In this document: positions 1-8,625 of the stretch, piece by piece
Layout: every line of letters starts with the position of its first letter
How positions within the stretch are numbered: the first letter of the stretch is position 1
DNA from: Flavobacteriales bacterium
Lineage (GTDB): Bacteria; Bacteroidota; Bacteroidia; Flavobacteriales_D; Sanyastnellaceae
Reading direction: 5' to 3'
Assembly: GCA_044375415.1 (NCBI GenBank)
Contig: JBILMS010000025.1
Coordinates: 1-45,131, forward strand
Length of the DNA stretch: 45,131 nucleotides
Program-made: the position numbers and the translations under genes
The notes under the pieces: model-generated
Database searches by the model: none
Told to the model about the DNA's origin: nothing
What the model saw: only the letters and a program-made list of their open reading frames with translations

Positions 1-27
1 AAGTTTCATTCTGCGTACCTTAGCCTC

Positions 28-2217
28 ATGTCGAAGTTGCTTTTGATCTTATTGTGCCTATTGGGAGGAATGACAATTCATGCCCAGAAGGCCAAGACAT
101 GGCTAAAAAAGGGTGAAGCAGCAAAGTCAAAAAACGATTGGCCATTAGCTTTTGCTTATTTCGAACAGGCGTGGCTCTTGGATTCCGCAGACTTTGAAAA
201 TACCATTCCGTATGCAGAAGCATCTCGAATGATGAAGATGAATCAAAAGGCGGAAGGTTTGTACCAAAGACTTTACGACAAAGACAAGGGTCGACTTTTT
301 CCGGAAGGACTTTTTTGGTTGGCCTCTCTGCAGCGATCAAGAGGTGAATACGATGAGGCCTATCGGAACTTCAAAAAATTTATAAAAAAGAATAAAAAGA
401 GCAGTTACCTCGCGAATGCCGAAATGCAATCGGAGGCGTGCAAATGGGCTCTCGACTACAAAGCTCCTTTTCGCAGTCCAAACCTTGTGGAAGTTGGAAA
501 AGAAGTCAACACCGAGATAAGCGAATTTGCTCCGGTTTTTGATCAACGAAATTCTCGTCTTCTTTTCACTCGATTAAATGATACGGGAACATTTGATGTT
601 TTCACCAGCGTTTTAAAAGACTCCATTTTTCAGGAACCTGTGAAATTGTCGAGTCCCGGAAATGAATACAAGTCTATCGGCAGCTTTACTTTTGACACTG
701 ACAGCAACAGGGTTTACTTTACATGTGTAGCCAACAACAATCCGCTGCGAAAACTCTGCATGGCCGATTGGGATGGCACTTCCCTCGGATCAATCGTTTA
801 TTTGGGAAGGATTAACGAACTAGATTCTGCGGAATTTACCACGCCCCATATTTCCGTTTTTGAAGGAAAGGAATATTTATGGTTTTCTTCCGACATGAAA
901 GGTGGAGAAGGGCAGTGGGATATTTGGAGATCCGAAATAGTGGACAATGGTTTTGCCGAACCGGTGAATTCAGGCAACGTTATTAACACAGAATTCAATG
1001 AGCTTACCCCTTTTGTTTCGGCTGATACAATCTACTTCGCAACGGAGGCCTACCAAGGATTTGGAGGATATGATCTTTTTCGAGCCGAAGGCAACATAAA
1101 GAAAGGATTTGAACGACCTGAAAATTTGGGTAAACCTTTTAACTCAAGTTCAAATGATTTGTACTACCAAAAAAATCTCAGTGCAGGCAAAGTGTTTTTT
1201 AGTAGTAACAGAGAAAATTCTGTCGACAAACCTGACGATTCGTACCCCTCATGTTGCAGCGATATATACATGGTTAACATTCCAAAATTCAAAGAGAAAG
1301 AAGCTTACACAAATCTTGAACAAGTGCGCATTGAGTTGCCGGTGCGACTCTATTTCCATAACGACGAACCCGATGCCAATACACGTGATACCACTACTCG
1401 TCAGACTTATACGCAATCGTATCACGCTTATCAAAATCTGAAACCAAAATACATTTCAGAAAACACAAAAGGACAATCGAAAGATGCAGCAGATGAAAAG
1501 GAAATTCTCACCGAGGAGTTTTTCGAACTGCATGCAGAGAAGGGGTTTGAGGATCTTCAACATTTTCGAGAACTTGTTTTAACACAATTAAAAGAAGGTA
1601 AAAGATTACGGATTCTAGTTCGTGGATTTGCCAGCCCAAGAGCACAAACCGATTATAATGTGAACTTGACCAAACGTCGAATAGCCTCATTGGTAAACGA
1701 CTTCCGAATGTCCAACTTTGGAGTTTTTATTCCATACCTCGAGGGCACGGCCTTGAATGGAGGTAAGCTCGAGTTTGCTGCAAAACCTTTTGGAGAATAC
1801 AAAGCCGACAAAACAGTAAGCGATGACCTTTTTAATGAAAAAGAATCCGTGTATAGTCCCGGTGCTTGTCTTGAAAGGAAAATCGAAATCGAAGCCATCG
1901 AATTCATTCCTGACGCGTATTTGCATTTAAACAAAAATGTGGTCGATCTCGGGAAAATAAAAGGAGATACTTTGGCTACTGCGGAGGTACTCCTAAAAAA
2001 TCTCGGTGGAAGTGTTCTTTATATTGATTCGGTGCTTGTTTCCTGCGGCTGCACAGTCCCTCAAATCGACAAACTCGACATTGCTCCCGGTGAAGAAGCC
2101 ACGCTGGATTTGCAGTTTAATCCGGAAGGTCAAAAAGGACTTGTTTCAAAAACTGTAACCGTGTATTTCTCGAACGGTGAAAAGCGGGAAATTGAAATTG
2201 TAGCTGAAATCGAGTAG
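28..2217 (+). CDS. TPR / TolB-like (PD40) beta-propeller / OmpA-like protein with a C-terminal DUF1573-like (CGCT) domain
   Basis: N-terminal signal peptide MSKLLLILLCLLGGMTIHAQ. TPR-like helical N-terminal region. Repeated PD40-like segments. OmpA-like block RILVRGFASPRAQTDYNVNLTKRRIASL. C-terminal LYIDSVLVSCGCTVPQ, typical of DUF1573. Paralogous in architecture to the 8626..10569 protein. Confidence 0.7.
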   Translation: MSKLLLILLCLLGGMTIHAQKAKTWLKKGEAAKSKNDWPLAFAYFEQAWLLDSADFENTIPYAEASRMMKMNQKAEGLYQRLYDKDKGRLFPEGLFWLASLQRSRGEYDEAYRNFKKFIKKNKKSSYLANAEMQSEACKWALDYKAPFRSPNLVEVGKEVNTEISEFAPVFDQRNSRLLFTRLNDTGTFDVFTSVLKDSIFQEPVKLSSPGNEYKSIGSFTFDTDSNRVYFTCVANNNPLRKLCMADWDGTSLGSIVYLGRINELDSAEFTTPHISVFEGKEYLWFSSDMKGGEGQWDIWRSEIVDNGFAEPVNSGNVINTEFNELTPFVSADTIYFATEAYQGFGGYDLFRAEGNIKKGFERPENLGKPFNSSSNDLYYQKNLSAGKVFFSSNRENSVDKPDDSYPSCCSDIYMVNIPKFKEKEAYTNLEQVRIELPVRLYFHNDEPDANTRDTTTRQTYTQSYHAYQNLKPKYISENTKGQSKDAADEKEILTEEFFELHAEKGFEDLQHFRELVLTQLKEGKRLRILVRGFASPRAQTDYNVNLTKRRIASLVNDFRMSNFGVFIPYLEGTALNGGKLEFAAKPFGEYKADKTVSDDLFNEKESVYSPGACLERKIEIEAIEFIPDAYLHLNKNVVDLGKIKGDTLATAEVLLKNLGGSVLYIDSVLVSCGCTVPQIDKLDIAPGEEATLDLQFNPEGQKGLVSKTVTVYFSNGEKREIEIVAEIE

Positions 2218-2292
2218 GTTTCAGGGAATTGACAATTTTTGGTGTTGGGATTGTTCCGTATTTCGTGGTATTTTGCACCACATTTAACTGCA

Positions 2293-3702
2293 ATGAAAAT
2301 CAAATTTTACTTAATGCTCGCGACTATTTCGGTCGCGTTTGTCCAGTGTTCTCAAGCACAACCCACCTGGACTGTGGGTGCAACAACACTCACAGAATAT
2401 GATCTGGTTACAGGTCTGCAAGTTCCTTGGGAAATTACTTGGGGAGCCGACGACCATATCTGGGGCACAGAACGTGTGGGTAGGGTTATTCGCATAGAAC
2501 CGTCCACTGGGAATTATACGGTTATTCTAGATTTGACTGATGTTATTACGGAAAATGGCTCGGGTGAACCCGGACTATTGGGATTGGCCTTGCACCCGGA
2601 TTGGGCAAACAACCCCATTGTTTATATTGTTTACAATTACAACAGTGGATTTTCGGTGAGAGAGCGCTTAGTGGCCTACGAATGGAACGGAACTTCTCTT
2701 GTCAATGAGGACATCCTTATCGATAATATTCCCGGGGAATACATTCACAACGGTTCGCGTTTGCTTATTACACCCGACAATAAATTGCTGATGACCACGG
2801 GTGATACTGGTGATGGAGGAGATAGCAGTCAGGATATAGAAGCACTGAATGGTAAAGTTCTTCGAATCAACTTAGATGGTTCTATTCCGGCAGACAATCC
2901 GGATCCAAACAGCTACGTGTACAGTTTCGGTCATAGAAACTCACAGGGCTTATGCAACGGTCCGAATGGCATTATCTATGAATCTGAACATGGTCAAAAC
3001 AATTCGGATGAGTTTAACATCATCATACCAAATAGAAATTACGGATGGCCGAATGTGCAAGGTGCTTGCAATACGGCAGGTGAAATATCTTTTTGCGAAG
3101 ACAACAATGTTGTAGAACCTTTGAAAGAATGGTCGCCGTGTATTGCTGTAAATGGAATCGAATATTATAATCACCCTGCTATTCCGGAATGGCAGAACAG
3201 CGTGCTCCTGGCTGTGCTAGGTGGATTGGGTGCTCAATATGAAAGACTTTCAGTTCTTCACATGAGCGAAGATGGATCAGAAGTTCTAAGTGAAGATCAG
3301 TTTTTCGCTTCTTTCAATCAACGTATCCGCGACATTTGTGTGAATCCTCATACGGGTGCTGTTTACGTTGCCTTCAACGGCCCGTCTTATCCCGGCCAAG
3401 GTCCAAATAAGATCAAAGAATTTGTGAACGAGGCGTATAATGCAGTGAATGAAAACACCGCTGTAACACAAGAATTGAGTATTTATCCTAACCCGGCGAC
3501 AACTGAAATTAATCTTCAGATGAGTTCAAGTTTGGTAGGCGGAACTTATCAGGTTTATGCCAATAATGGAGATGTCGTTAGTGAAGGAAAGATCACTTCA
3601 GAGAACTTTAAAATTGATACTTCAAAATGGGCAAGTGGCAATTACTTCGTAAAAGCTACCTCGTCAAAAGGTATTATTACAAAAACATTTGTGATCAAGT
3701 GA
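2293..3702 (+). CDS. PQQ-dependent sugar (glucose/sorbosone) dehydrogenase family beta-propeller protein with T9SS C-terminal sorting domain
   Basis: Signal peptide MKIKFYLMLATISVAFVQCSQA, start taken at the internal Met of ORF 2239. YliI-like motifs: HNGSRLLITPDNKLLMTTGDTGD and FGHRNSQGL. C-terminal LSIYPNPATTEINLQ...FVKATSSKGIITKTFVIK resembles a Por_Secre_tail. Confidence 0.65.
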   Translation: MKIKFYLMLATISVAFVQCSQAQPTWTVGATTLTEYDLVTGLQVPWEITWGADDHIWGTERVGRVIRIEPSTGNYTVILDLTDVITENGSGEPGLLGLALHPDWANNPIVYIVYNYNSGFSVRERLVAYEWNGTSLVNEDILIDNIPGEYIHNGSRLLITPDNKLLMTTGDTGDGGDSSQDIEALNGKVLRINLDGSIPADNPDPNSYVYSFGHRNSQGLCNGPNGIIYESEHGQNNSDEFNIIIPNRNYGWPNVQGACNTAGEISFCEDNNVVEPLKEWSPCIAVNGIEYYNHPAIPEWQNSVLLAVLGGLGAQYERLSVLHMSEDGSEVLSEDQFFASFNQRIRDICVNPHTGAVYVAFNGPSYPGQGPNKIKEFVNEAYNAVNENTAVTQELSIYPNPATTEINLQMSSSLVGGTYQVYANNGDVVSEGKITSENFKIDTSKWASGNYFVKATSSKGIITKTFVIK

Positions 3703-6053
3703 TCCGAATAATTTTATACAAGGCAGCATCAATATGCTGCCTTTTTTTTATCTACACTTTTGCAAATGCACAAGAGAAGGTAAGTTTTGAAATACGCATA
3801 GTCGATTCGGAATCCGGCGATGTTATCCCGTATTTGCGAGCACAATACAAACCATCGATGGTAGTATTCTCCAATGAAGAAGGGCTTTTGATATTAAATG
3901 AAATTGATCTATTCGACAGCCTCTTTGTTTCAGGAATGGGTTATGATGAGCGATTTCTTGTCCTTCAAATTGCGGATAATGAGCAGTTAGAAATTACGCG
4001 AAAGACATACGAATTGGCAGGAATTCATGTGACCGGCTTTCGCAGAAGCGCTTTGAACATGTCTACAGCCGCAGCTATTGGAATTGTGCATTCGGAAGTT
4101 TTGCGCTCCAACGACCAAACCTCATTGCAAAATGCTGTCAACATGATTCCCGGTGTAAGCATGGAGAGCAGGGGATATGGTGGAAGTCAACGAATCAATA
4201 TTCGAGGTAGTTTTCTACGAGCTCCTTTTGCCGTTCGCAACGTAAAAATGTACCTCGAAGGTATCCCTCTTTCTTCTCCCGATGGCTCGAGTCCATTGGA
4301 ATTGATGGATGCATTTGATGTGGGTAAGATCGAAATTATCAAAGGGCAGGGTGGAAGTGTCTATGGAAGTGGAACAGGAGGAGTGATGCTCTTTTCGTCG
4401 CCTATTCGAAAAGATGATCCTGACATGAGTTTTCAAAGCAATTACATGAGTGGTGCTTTTGGGTTAAAACGCACGTCCTCTGCTTATCAGGTTAAATTGA
4501 AAAATAGCAGACTTCGTGTGAGTCATGTGTACCAAGAAAATGACGGTTATCGAATTCAGGAATTCAATCGCAAGCAACAGCTTACCCTGATGCTGCAGAC
4601 AAGTGATCCGGAAAAGAAAACGTCAAATTTTATTTACGCTTCGTATTTTAACGGTCACCTGGGATTGCCGGGCGGATTGAATGCCTCACAAGTGGTGGAA
4701 GATCCAATGCAGGCTAATTTGTTTTCAGCTCAGAACAATGCGTCTTTGTATCGAGAACGTCTGAATGTGGGAATCAGCGGTAAAATGCCCGTTTCAAAAT
4801 CATGGGACTATGAGGGATCAGCTTATTTTAATCTCACCAATAAGCAAAATCCATTTGGTACATCGGCCGTGAACAATGGATATAAGGATGAAAAGGCATG
4901 GGGTTATGGTGCCCGTTCTGTACTTTCTACTTCGGTCATGCAAAAGGAAGACTTTTCATGGAATCTAAGTTTGGGAATAGAACATCAAATAGAGAACTTT
5001 GAGATACTGGAATCGTCGAATGTGGTTGGACTTCCCGGGACACCGAAATACCACTATGATGTTGAGTATATATCAACTTTTGCCTTTGTTCGTACAGATG
5101 TAAAAATATTGGACCGCTTGATTTTTGAAGCAGGTATTAGTTCAAATTATCTGAGTCATAATGCTGAAGGTTCAGGCGGAGGAATCGAATTTAATGAGAG
5201 CGTATCCTTAGATCACGATTTTTTACCACGAGTTTCTCTTTCATACATGCTCCTTCGCGATCTCTGGCTGCATGCAAGCCTTGCAAAAGGAAACAGCAAT
5301 CCCACAATTTTCGAACAGGTAGATGCAATTGAAGGAACCTACAACTTGGATCTTCGGCCGGAAGAAGGCATTAATAAAGAAGTAAGTCTGAAAGGAATTA
5401 TACCTAAAACCGGAATTCAATTTGAGATAAACGCATACGAGTTCAACTTGACAAATGCCATTATCGGATACAACGATTCGGTGTATAACGATCAAACAAC
5501 CTTGTACGAAGATGTGCTTAAATACCGAAATAGCGGAAGTACAATTCAACGTGGTATTGAAGCCCAAGTTTATCGCAGATTCAATTTAAACGGATCATTC
5601 TGGAACAACCTGGATTTGTCGATTGGATTTACAACTACCGATTACCGTTACGACGAATACACCGTCTCCGATTTTGTGGCTAATAGCAAGCAATTGCCTG
5701 GTGTTATGAAGAATAATCTGATGTCTAGTTTGACCTTAAACTGTCTAAGGGAAAGAATCAAATTGCATGTTAATCATTATTGGAATGATCGCGCTCCTCT
5801 TACCAACGACAACTTGTATTGGTCGGAGAGTTATCATCTGATAAATACACGATTGGATTTAAACCTGATTCAATCGCCGTCAAAACATTTTGTTGTAGGA
5901 ACATACGTTGGAATAAACAATGTCTTGGATGAAGAGTACACGTCCTTCCTTCAGGTGAATGCTCCTTTCAATCGGTTTTTTAATCCATCACCCGGAAGAA
6001 ATTTCTTCTTTGGATTTTCGCTAAAGATGCCTTTGTCCGGAAAAGAGAAATGA
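3699..6053 (+). CDS. TonB-dependent outer membrane receptor (with N-terminal carboxypeptidase-regulatory-like domain)
   Basis: The ORF frame is open from 3627. The only plausible signal peptide (IRIILYKAASICCLFFIYTFANA|QEK) begins at an in-frame GTG at 3699 overlapping the upstream TGA stop. The ATG at 3627 would give a 75-nt overlap and a non-signal-like N-terminus. Plug-like region NMSTAAAIGIVHSEVLRSNDQTSLQNAVNMIPGV...RINIRGS. Long beta-barrel with C-terminal ...NFFFGFSLKMPL. Start coordinate uncertain. Confidence 0.7.
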   Translation: MIRIILYKAASICCLFFIYTFANAQEKVSFEIRIVDSESGDVIPYLRAQYKPSMVVFSNEEGLLILNEIDLFDSLFVSGMGYDERFLVLQIADNEQLEITRKTYELAGIHVTGFRRSALNMSTAAAIGIVHSEVLRSNDQTSLQNAVNMIPGVSMESRGYGGSQRINIRGSFLRAPFAVRNVKMYLEGIPLSSPDGSSPLELMDAFDVGKIEIIKGQGGSVYGSGTGGVMLFSSPIRKDDPDMSFQSNYMSGAFGLKRTSSAYQVKLKNSRLRVSHVYQENDGYRIQEFNRKQQLTLMLQTSDPEKKTSNFIYASYFNGHLGLPGGLNASQVVEDPMQANLFSAQNNASLYRERLNVGISGKMPVSKSWDYEGSAYFNLTNKQNPFGTSAVNNGYKDEKAWGYGARSVLSTSVMQKEDFSWNLSLGIEHQIENFEILESSNVVGLPGTPKYHYDVEYISTFAFVRTDVKILDRLIFEAGISSNYLSHNAEGSGGGIEFNESVSLDHDFLPRVSLSYMLLRDLWLHASLAKGNSNPTIFEQVDAIEGTYNLDLRPEEGINKEVSLKGIIPKTGIQFEINAYEFNLTNAIIGYNDSVYNDQTTLYEDVLKYRNSGSTIQRGIEAQVYRRFNLNGSFWNNLDLSIGFTTTDYRYDEYTVSDFVANSKQLPGVMKNNLMSSLTLNCLRERIKLHVNHYWNDRAPLTNDNLYWSESYHLINTRLDLNLIQSPSKHFVVGTYVGINNVLDEEYTSFLQVNAPFNRFFNPSPGRNFFFGFSLKMPLSGKEK
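3722..3749 (+). terminator. Rho-independent terminator-like hairpin (GGCAGCAT-CAAT-ATGCTGCC + T8)
   Basis: Perfect 8-bp stem, 4-nt loop, followed by TTTTTTTT. Lies 20 nt after the stop of the dehydrogenase gene but inside the signal-peptide coding part of the downstream TonB receptor ORF. Confidence 0.55.
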
Positions 6054-6084
6054 TAAAAACTATTCCTCATCTTCGCGGCGTTTT

Positions 6085-7080
6085 ATGAAAGCACCTGACC
6101 GGAACGTATACTATCCTCAAATCAATTTGCTGCGTGGTATTGCTGCCTTCATGGTGGTCATATACCATTTCACCAATCACGTCGACGGTGCAAAAGGGTA
6201 CTTTTTGGATGAAAGCAACATCGTGCGGCAAGTGGGATATTATGGTCATCTCGGTGTATTTGTCTTCTTTGTAATCTCCGGTTTTGTCATACCACTTTCG
6301 ATGTTCAAAGCCCATTATCACATCAAATCATTTTTCAGGTACATGGGAAGAAGGTTGGTTCGCCTGGAACCGCCCTATCTCATTTCCCTGGCCATGGTCT
6401 TATCACTCAGTTTATACTACCATATCACACAAGATAAAGTTTGGATATGGGACACAGAGCGCACCTTGTCGCACCTTTTGTACATGGCCCCTTGGACAGG
6501 TCAGGAGTGGTACGATCCCTTGTATTGGACCCTTGCTTTGGAGTTTCAGTTTTACATTATTATCGCCTTGATTTTTCCGTTGTTAGATCACGCCAACGAA
6601 TGGATACGCCGGACAACGTTGCTCGCTTTCTGCGCATCATCGGCCTTGATTTTCGATGATCGATTTGCGATTCATTATGCGCCCTTGTTTGGACTAGGCA
6701 TTGTTTGTTATTGGTTTTTAACCGGAAAAGAGAAGGGGAGAGAGTCCTTGTTGTTTGCCCTGTCTATGTTGGTATTCGCGGCTCTCCGATTTGAATTGAG
6801 AATGACCACTAGCATGATTCCTGCAGCCTTGTGTATCGTATATCTCCGTTATGACAAACCCTGGAGCAATCGTTTCGGCGACATATCCTATTCTCTGTAT
6901 CTCACACACAGCTCGCTCGGCGGTCACCTACTTGCCCTTGCTGCCGTGGGTGTAAGCATGATCTGGCTCAAGTACCTAATTATCGCAGCCACGACCGTGG
7001 GAGCCCTTATTGTCGCCTACTTCTTCTGGAAATGGATCGAAAAACCGAGTATTGAGATGTCGAGGAAGATACGGTTGTAG
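6085..7080 (+). CDS. Acyltransferase family 3 integral membrane protein (OafA/YrhL-like)
   Basis: About 10 hydrophobic helices. N-terminal LLRGIAAFMVVIYHF motif typical of acyl_transf_3. Confidence 0.7.
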   Translation: MKAPDRNVYYPQINLLRGIAAFMVVIYHFTNHVDGAKGYFLDESNIVRQVGYYGHLGVFVFFVISGFVIPLSMFKAHYHIKSFFRYMGRRLVRLEPPYLISLAMVLSLSLYYHITQDKVWIWDTERTLSHLLYMAPWTGQEWYDPLYWTLALEFQFYIIIALIFPLLDHANEWIRRTTLLAFCASSALIFDDRFAIHYAPLFGLGIVCYWFLTGKEKGRESLLFALSMLVFAALRFELRMTTSMIPAALCIVYLRYDKPWSNRFGDISYSLYLTHSSLGGHLLALAAVGVSMIWLKYLIIAATTVGALIVAYFFWKWIEKPSIEMSRKIRL

Positions 7081-7340
7081 GGGTGAGGCCAAGTGGGCCG
7101 CGCAGCGGCCCTTTCCCCCTTTCCCACCATGACGCGACCGTCATCCTGAGCAAGCGCCTTAGCGCGCGTCGAAGGATAAAGTCCGAGCCGTAATAAACGA
7201 AAGCGGTTTAGATGTATCTTCTATTCCCGGCAAATGCCGGATTCAGTGTAGGCACGGGCTGTTCATCTGTGATGAACTTTTTACTTCTGAATTCCGATTC
7301 ACATACAATGTGGATGCATTGAAGCCCGCGCCAGAAGCAC
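7081..7340. repeat. Repeat array 1: GC-hairpin head (GGGCCGC-GCA-GCGGCCC + TTTCCCCCTTTCC + CGTCATCCTGAGCAAGCGCC) followed by one ~185-bp unit (unit A, 7153-7340)
   Basis: Head and unit are re-found at 8005-8537. The unit begins GCGCGCGTCGAAGGATAAAGTC, contains CCCGGCAAATGCCGGATTCAGTGTAGGCACGGGCT and ends GAAGCCCGCGCCAGAAG. Confidence 0.8.
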
Positions 7341-7343
7341 CTT

Positions 7344-7673
7344 CTATTCTCGAATTAGTTTGATAAGGTCAGCAATTTGACTATCTGAAATTGAATCAGT
7401 TTCAGATTTATCGAATATGCTCAGTAAATAGACTGTACTACCTTCTATATAAAAGTGAGTTATAATTCTCGCTCCGCCAGATTTACCCTTGCCCTTAGAT
7501 GCTATCGACATTCGGATTTTCAAGCAATTGTTTCCGAGTTTAACTCCCAGTGTTGGATTTGAACTCAATTTATCATTCAATTCCAATAATTCCTGCCTCA
7601 ATGAAGGGTATTTCTTGAGCATTTTTTTGGCTTCTCTACGAAATGTAGACGTTGTTGAAACCTCAAACTTCAT
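7344..7673 (-). CDS. Type II toxin, RelE/ParE superfamily (HigB / phage gp49-like)
   Basis: 109 aa. Motif KIRMSIASKGKGKSGGARIITHFYIEGSTVYLLSIFDKSE matches the conserved core of gp49/HigB-type RelE-fold toxins. Overlaps the upstream small ORF by 11 nt. Confidence 0.65.
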   Translation of the reverse strand: MKFEVSTTSTFRREAKKMLKKYPSLRQELLELNDKLSSNPTLGVKLGNNCLKIRMSIASKGKGKSGGARIITHFYIEGSTVYLLSIFDKSETDSISDSQIADLIKLIRE

Positions 7674-7869
7674 TCAGAAAAGACCTTAAGGATTGACCTT
7701 TCTTTTTGCGTGATTTTAATTTATTCACTTCTTCAACGGATTCTTTAAGACCTTCCAGAATCTCCGCAGAATATGGAGAAATAGGTTTTGCTTTCAAGAA
7801 CTTAAAATTCTCAAGTAGCTCCAATAAAAATGACGCTTTTTCGTCCTTTATATCAACGAGAATTTTCAT
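7663..7869 (-). CDS. Putative antitoxin partner (68 aa, no recognisable HTH/RHH/Phd signature)
   Basis: Small acidic/lysine-rich ORF immediately upstream of, and overlapping, the toxin gene on the same strand. Assignment by operon position only. Confidence 0.4.
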   Translation of the reverse strand: MKILVDIKDEKASFLLELLENFKFLKAKPISPYSAEILEGLKESVEEVNKLKSRKKKGQSLRSFLNEV

Positions 7870-8004
7870 TATTCAAAAGTAATATTATTCGAAACAAATA
7901 TAAGAAAAGTGCAGCTTGTTATGGGCAGAAGCCGGAATCAGTCTAGGCACTGGACAGTTTGATTCTGAAGGACTTTGTACTATCCCGATTCGATTGGTTT
8001 TATA

Positions 8005-8537
8005 ACATGAGCGTTGGAGGGGAAAGGGCCGCGCAGCGGCCCTTTCCCCCTTTCCAACAACCACGCGAACGTCATCCTGAGCAAACGCTCTAGCGCGCGT
8101 CGAAGGATAAAGTCGGAGCTGTAATAACCGAAAGCGGTTTAGATGTAAGTTTTGGACCCGGCAAATACCGGATTCAGTTTAGGTACGGGCTGTCGATCTT
8201 CGATAAACTTCTTGCTTCGGAAATTCGATAGGTTGATGATGAAGATTCGTTGAAGCCCGCGCCAGAAGTGCGCGTCGAAGGATAAAGTCGGAGCTGCAAT
8301 AAACGCAAGCGGTTTAGATGTAAACTTCATTCCCGGCAAATGCCGGAATCAGTTTAGGCACGGGCTATGTATCTTTGATAAACCTCTTGCTTCAGAAATT
8401 CGATAGGTTCATGATGAAGATTCGTTAAAGCCCGCGCCAGTCAAGGCTGTTCATCTACGATAAACCATTTACTTCAAAAATCCGATTCATTCACAATGAT
8501 GATTTGTTGAAGCCCGTGCCAGAACGCCCGCGTCAGT
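8005..8537. repeat. Repeat array 2: head with perfect 12-bp-stem palindrome GGAAAGGGCCGC-GCA-GCGGCCCTTTCC (8011-8037), then units B (8094-8270), C (8271-8446) and a partial unit D (8447-8537)
   Basis: Units B and C are ~85-90% identical to each other and to unit A. Unit D retains only the distal half. The short ORFs called inside the array (8139..8339, 8504..8754) are considered spurious. Confidence 0.8.
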
Positions 8538-8625
8538 GTTCGAGAAACAGTTTGAGTTTGAGAGCGTACTCGTTTCTTTCAAAGTTTTATCAGACCGCCG
8601 ACTGCCGACTGTCGGCTGCCGACTA

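Noticed and set aside
3627-3698. ATG at 3627 as the TonB receptor start
   Set aside because: It gives a 76-nt overlap with the upstream gene and a basic, non-signal N-terminus (MGKWQLLRKSYLVKRYYYKN). The GTG at 3699 yields a canonical signal peptide. It is kept only as an alternative.
7081-8537. Possible CRISPR array or integron cassette array
   Set aside because: - **CRISPR:** units are ~175 bp and 10-15% divergent, with no unique spacers between them. No cas genes are present.
- **Integron:** no integrase and no attC-like R/L core sites recognised.
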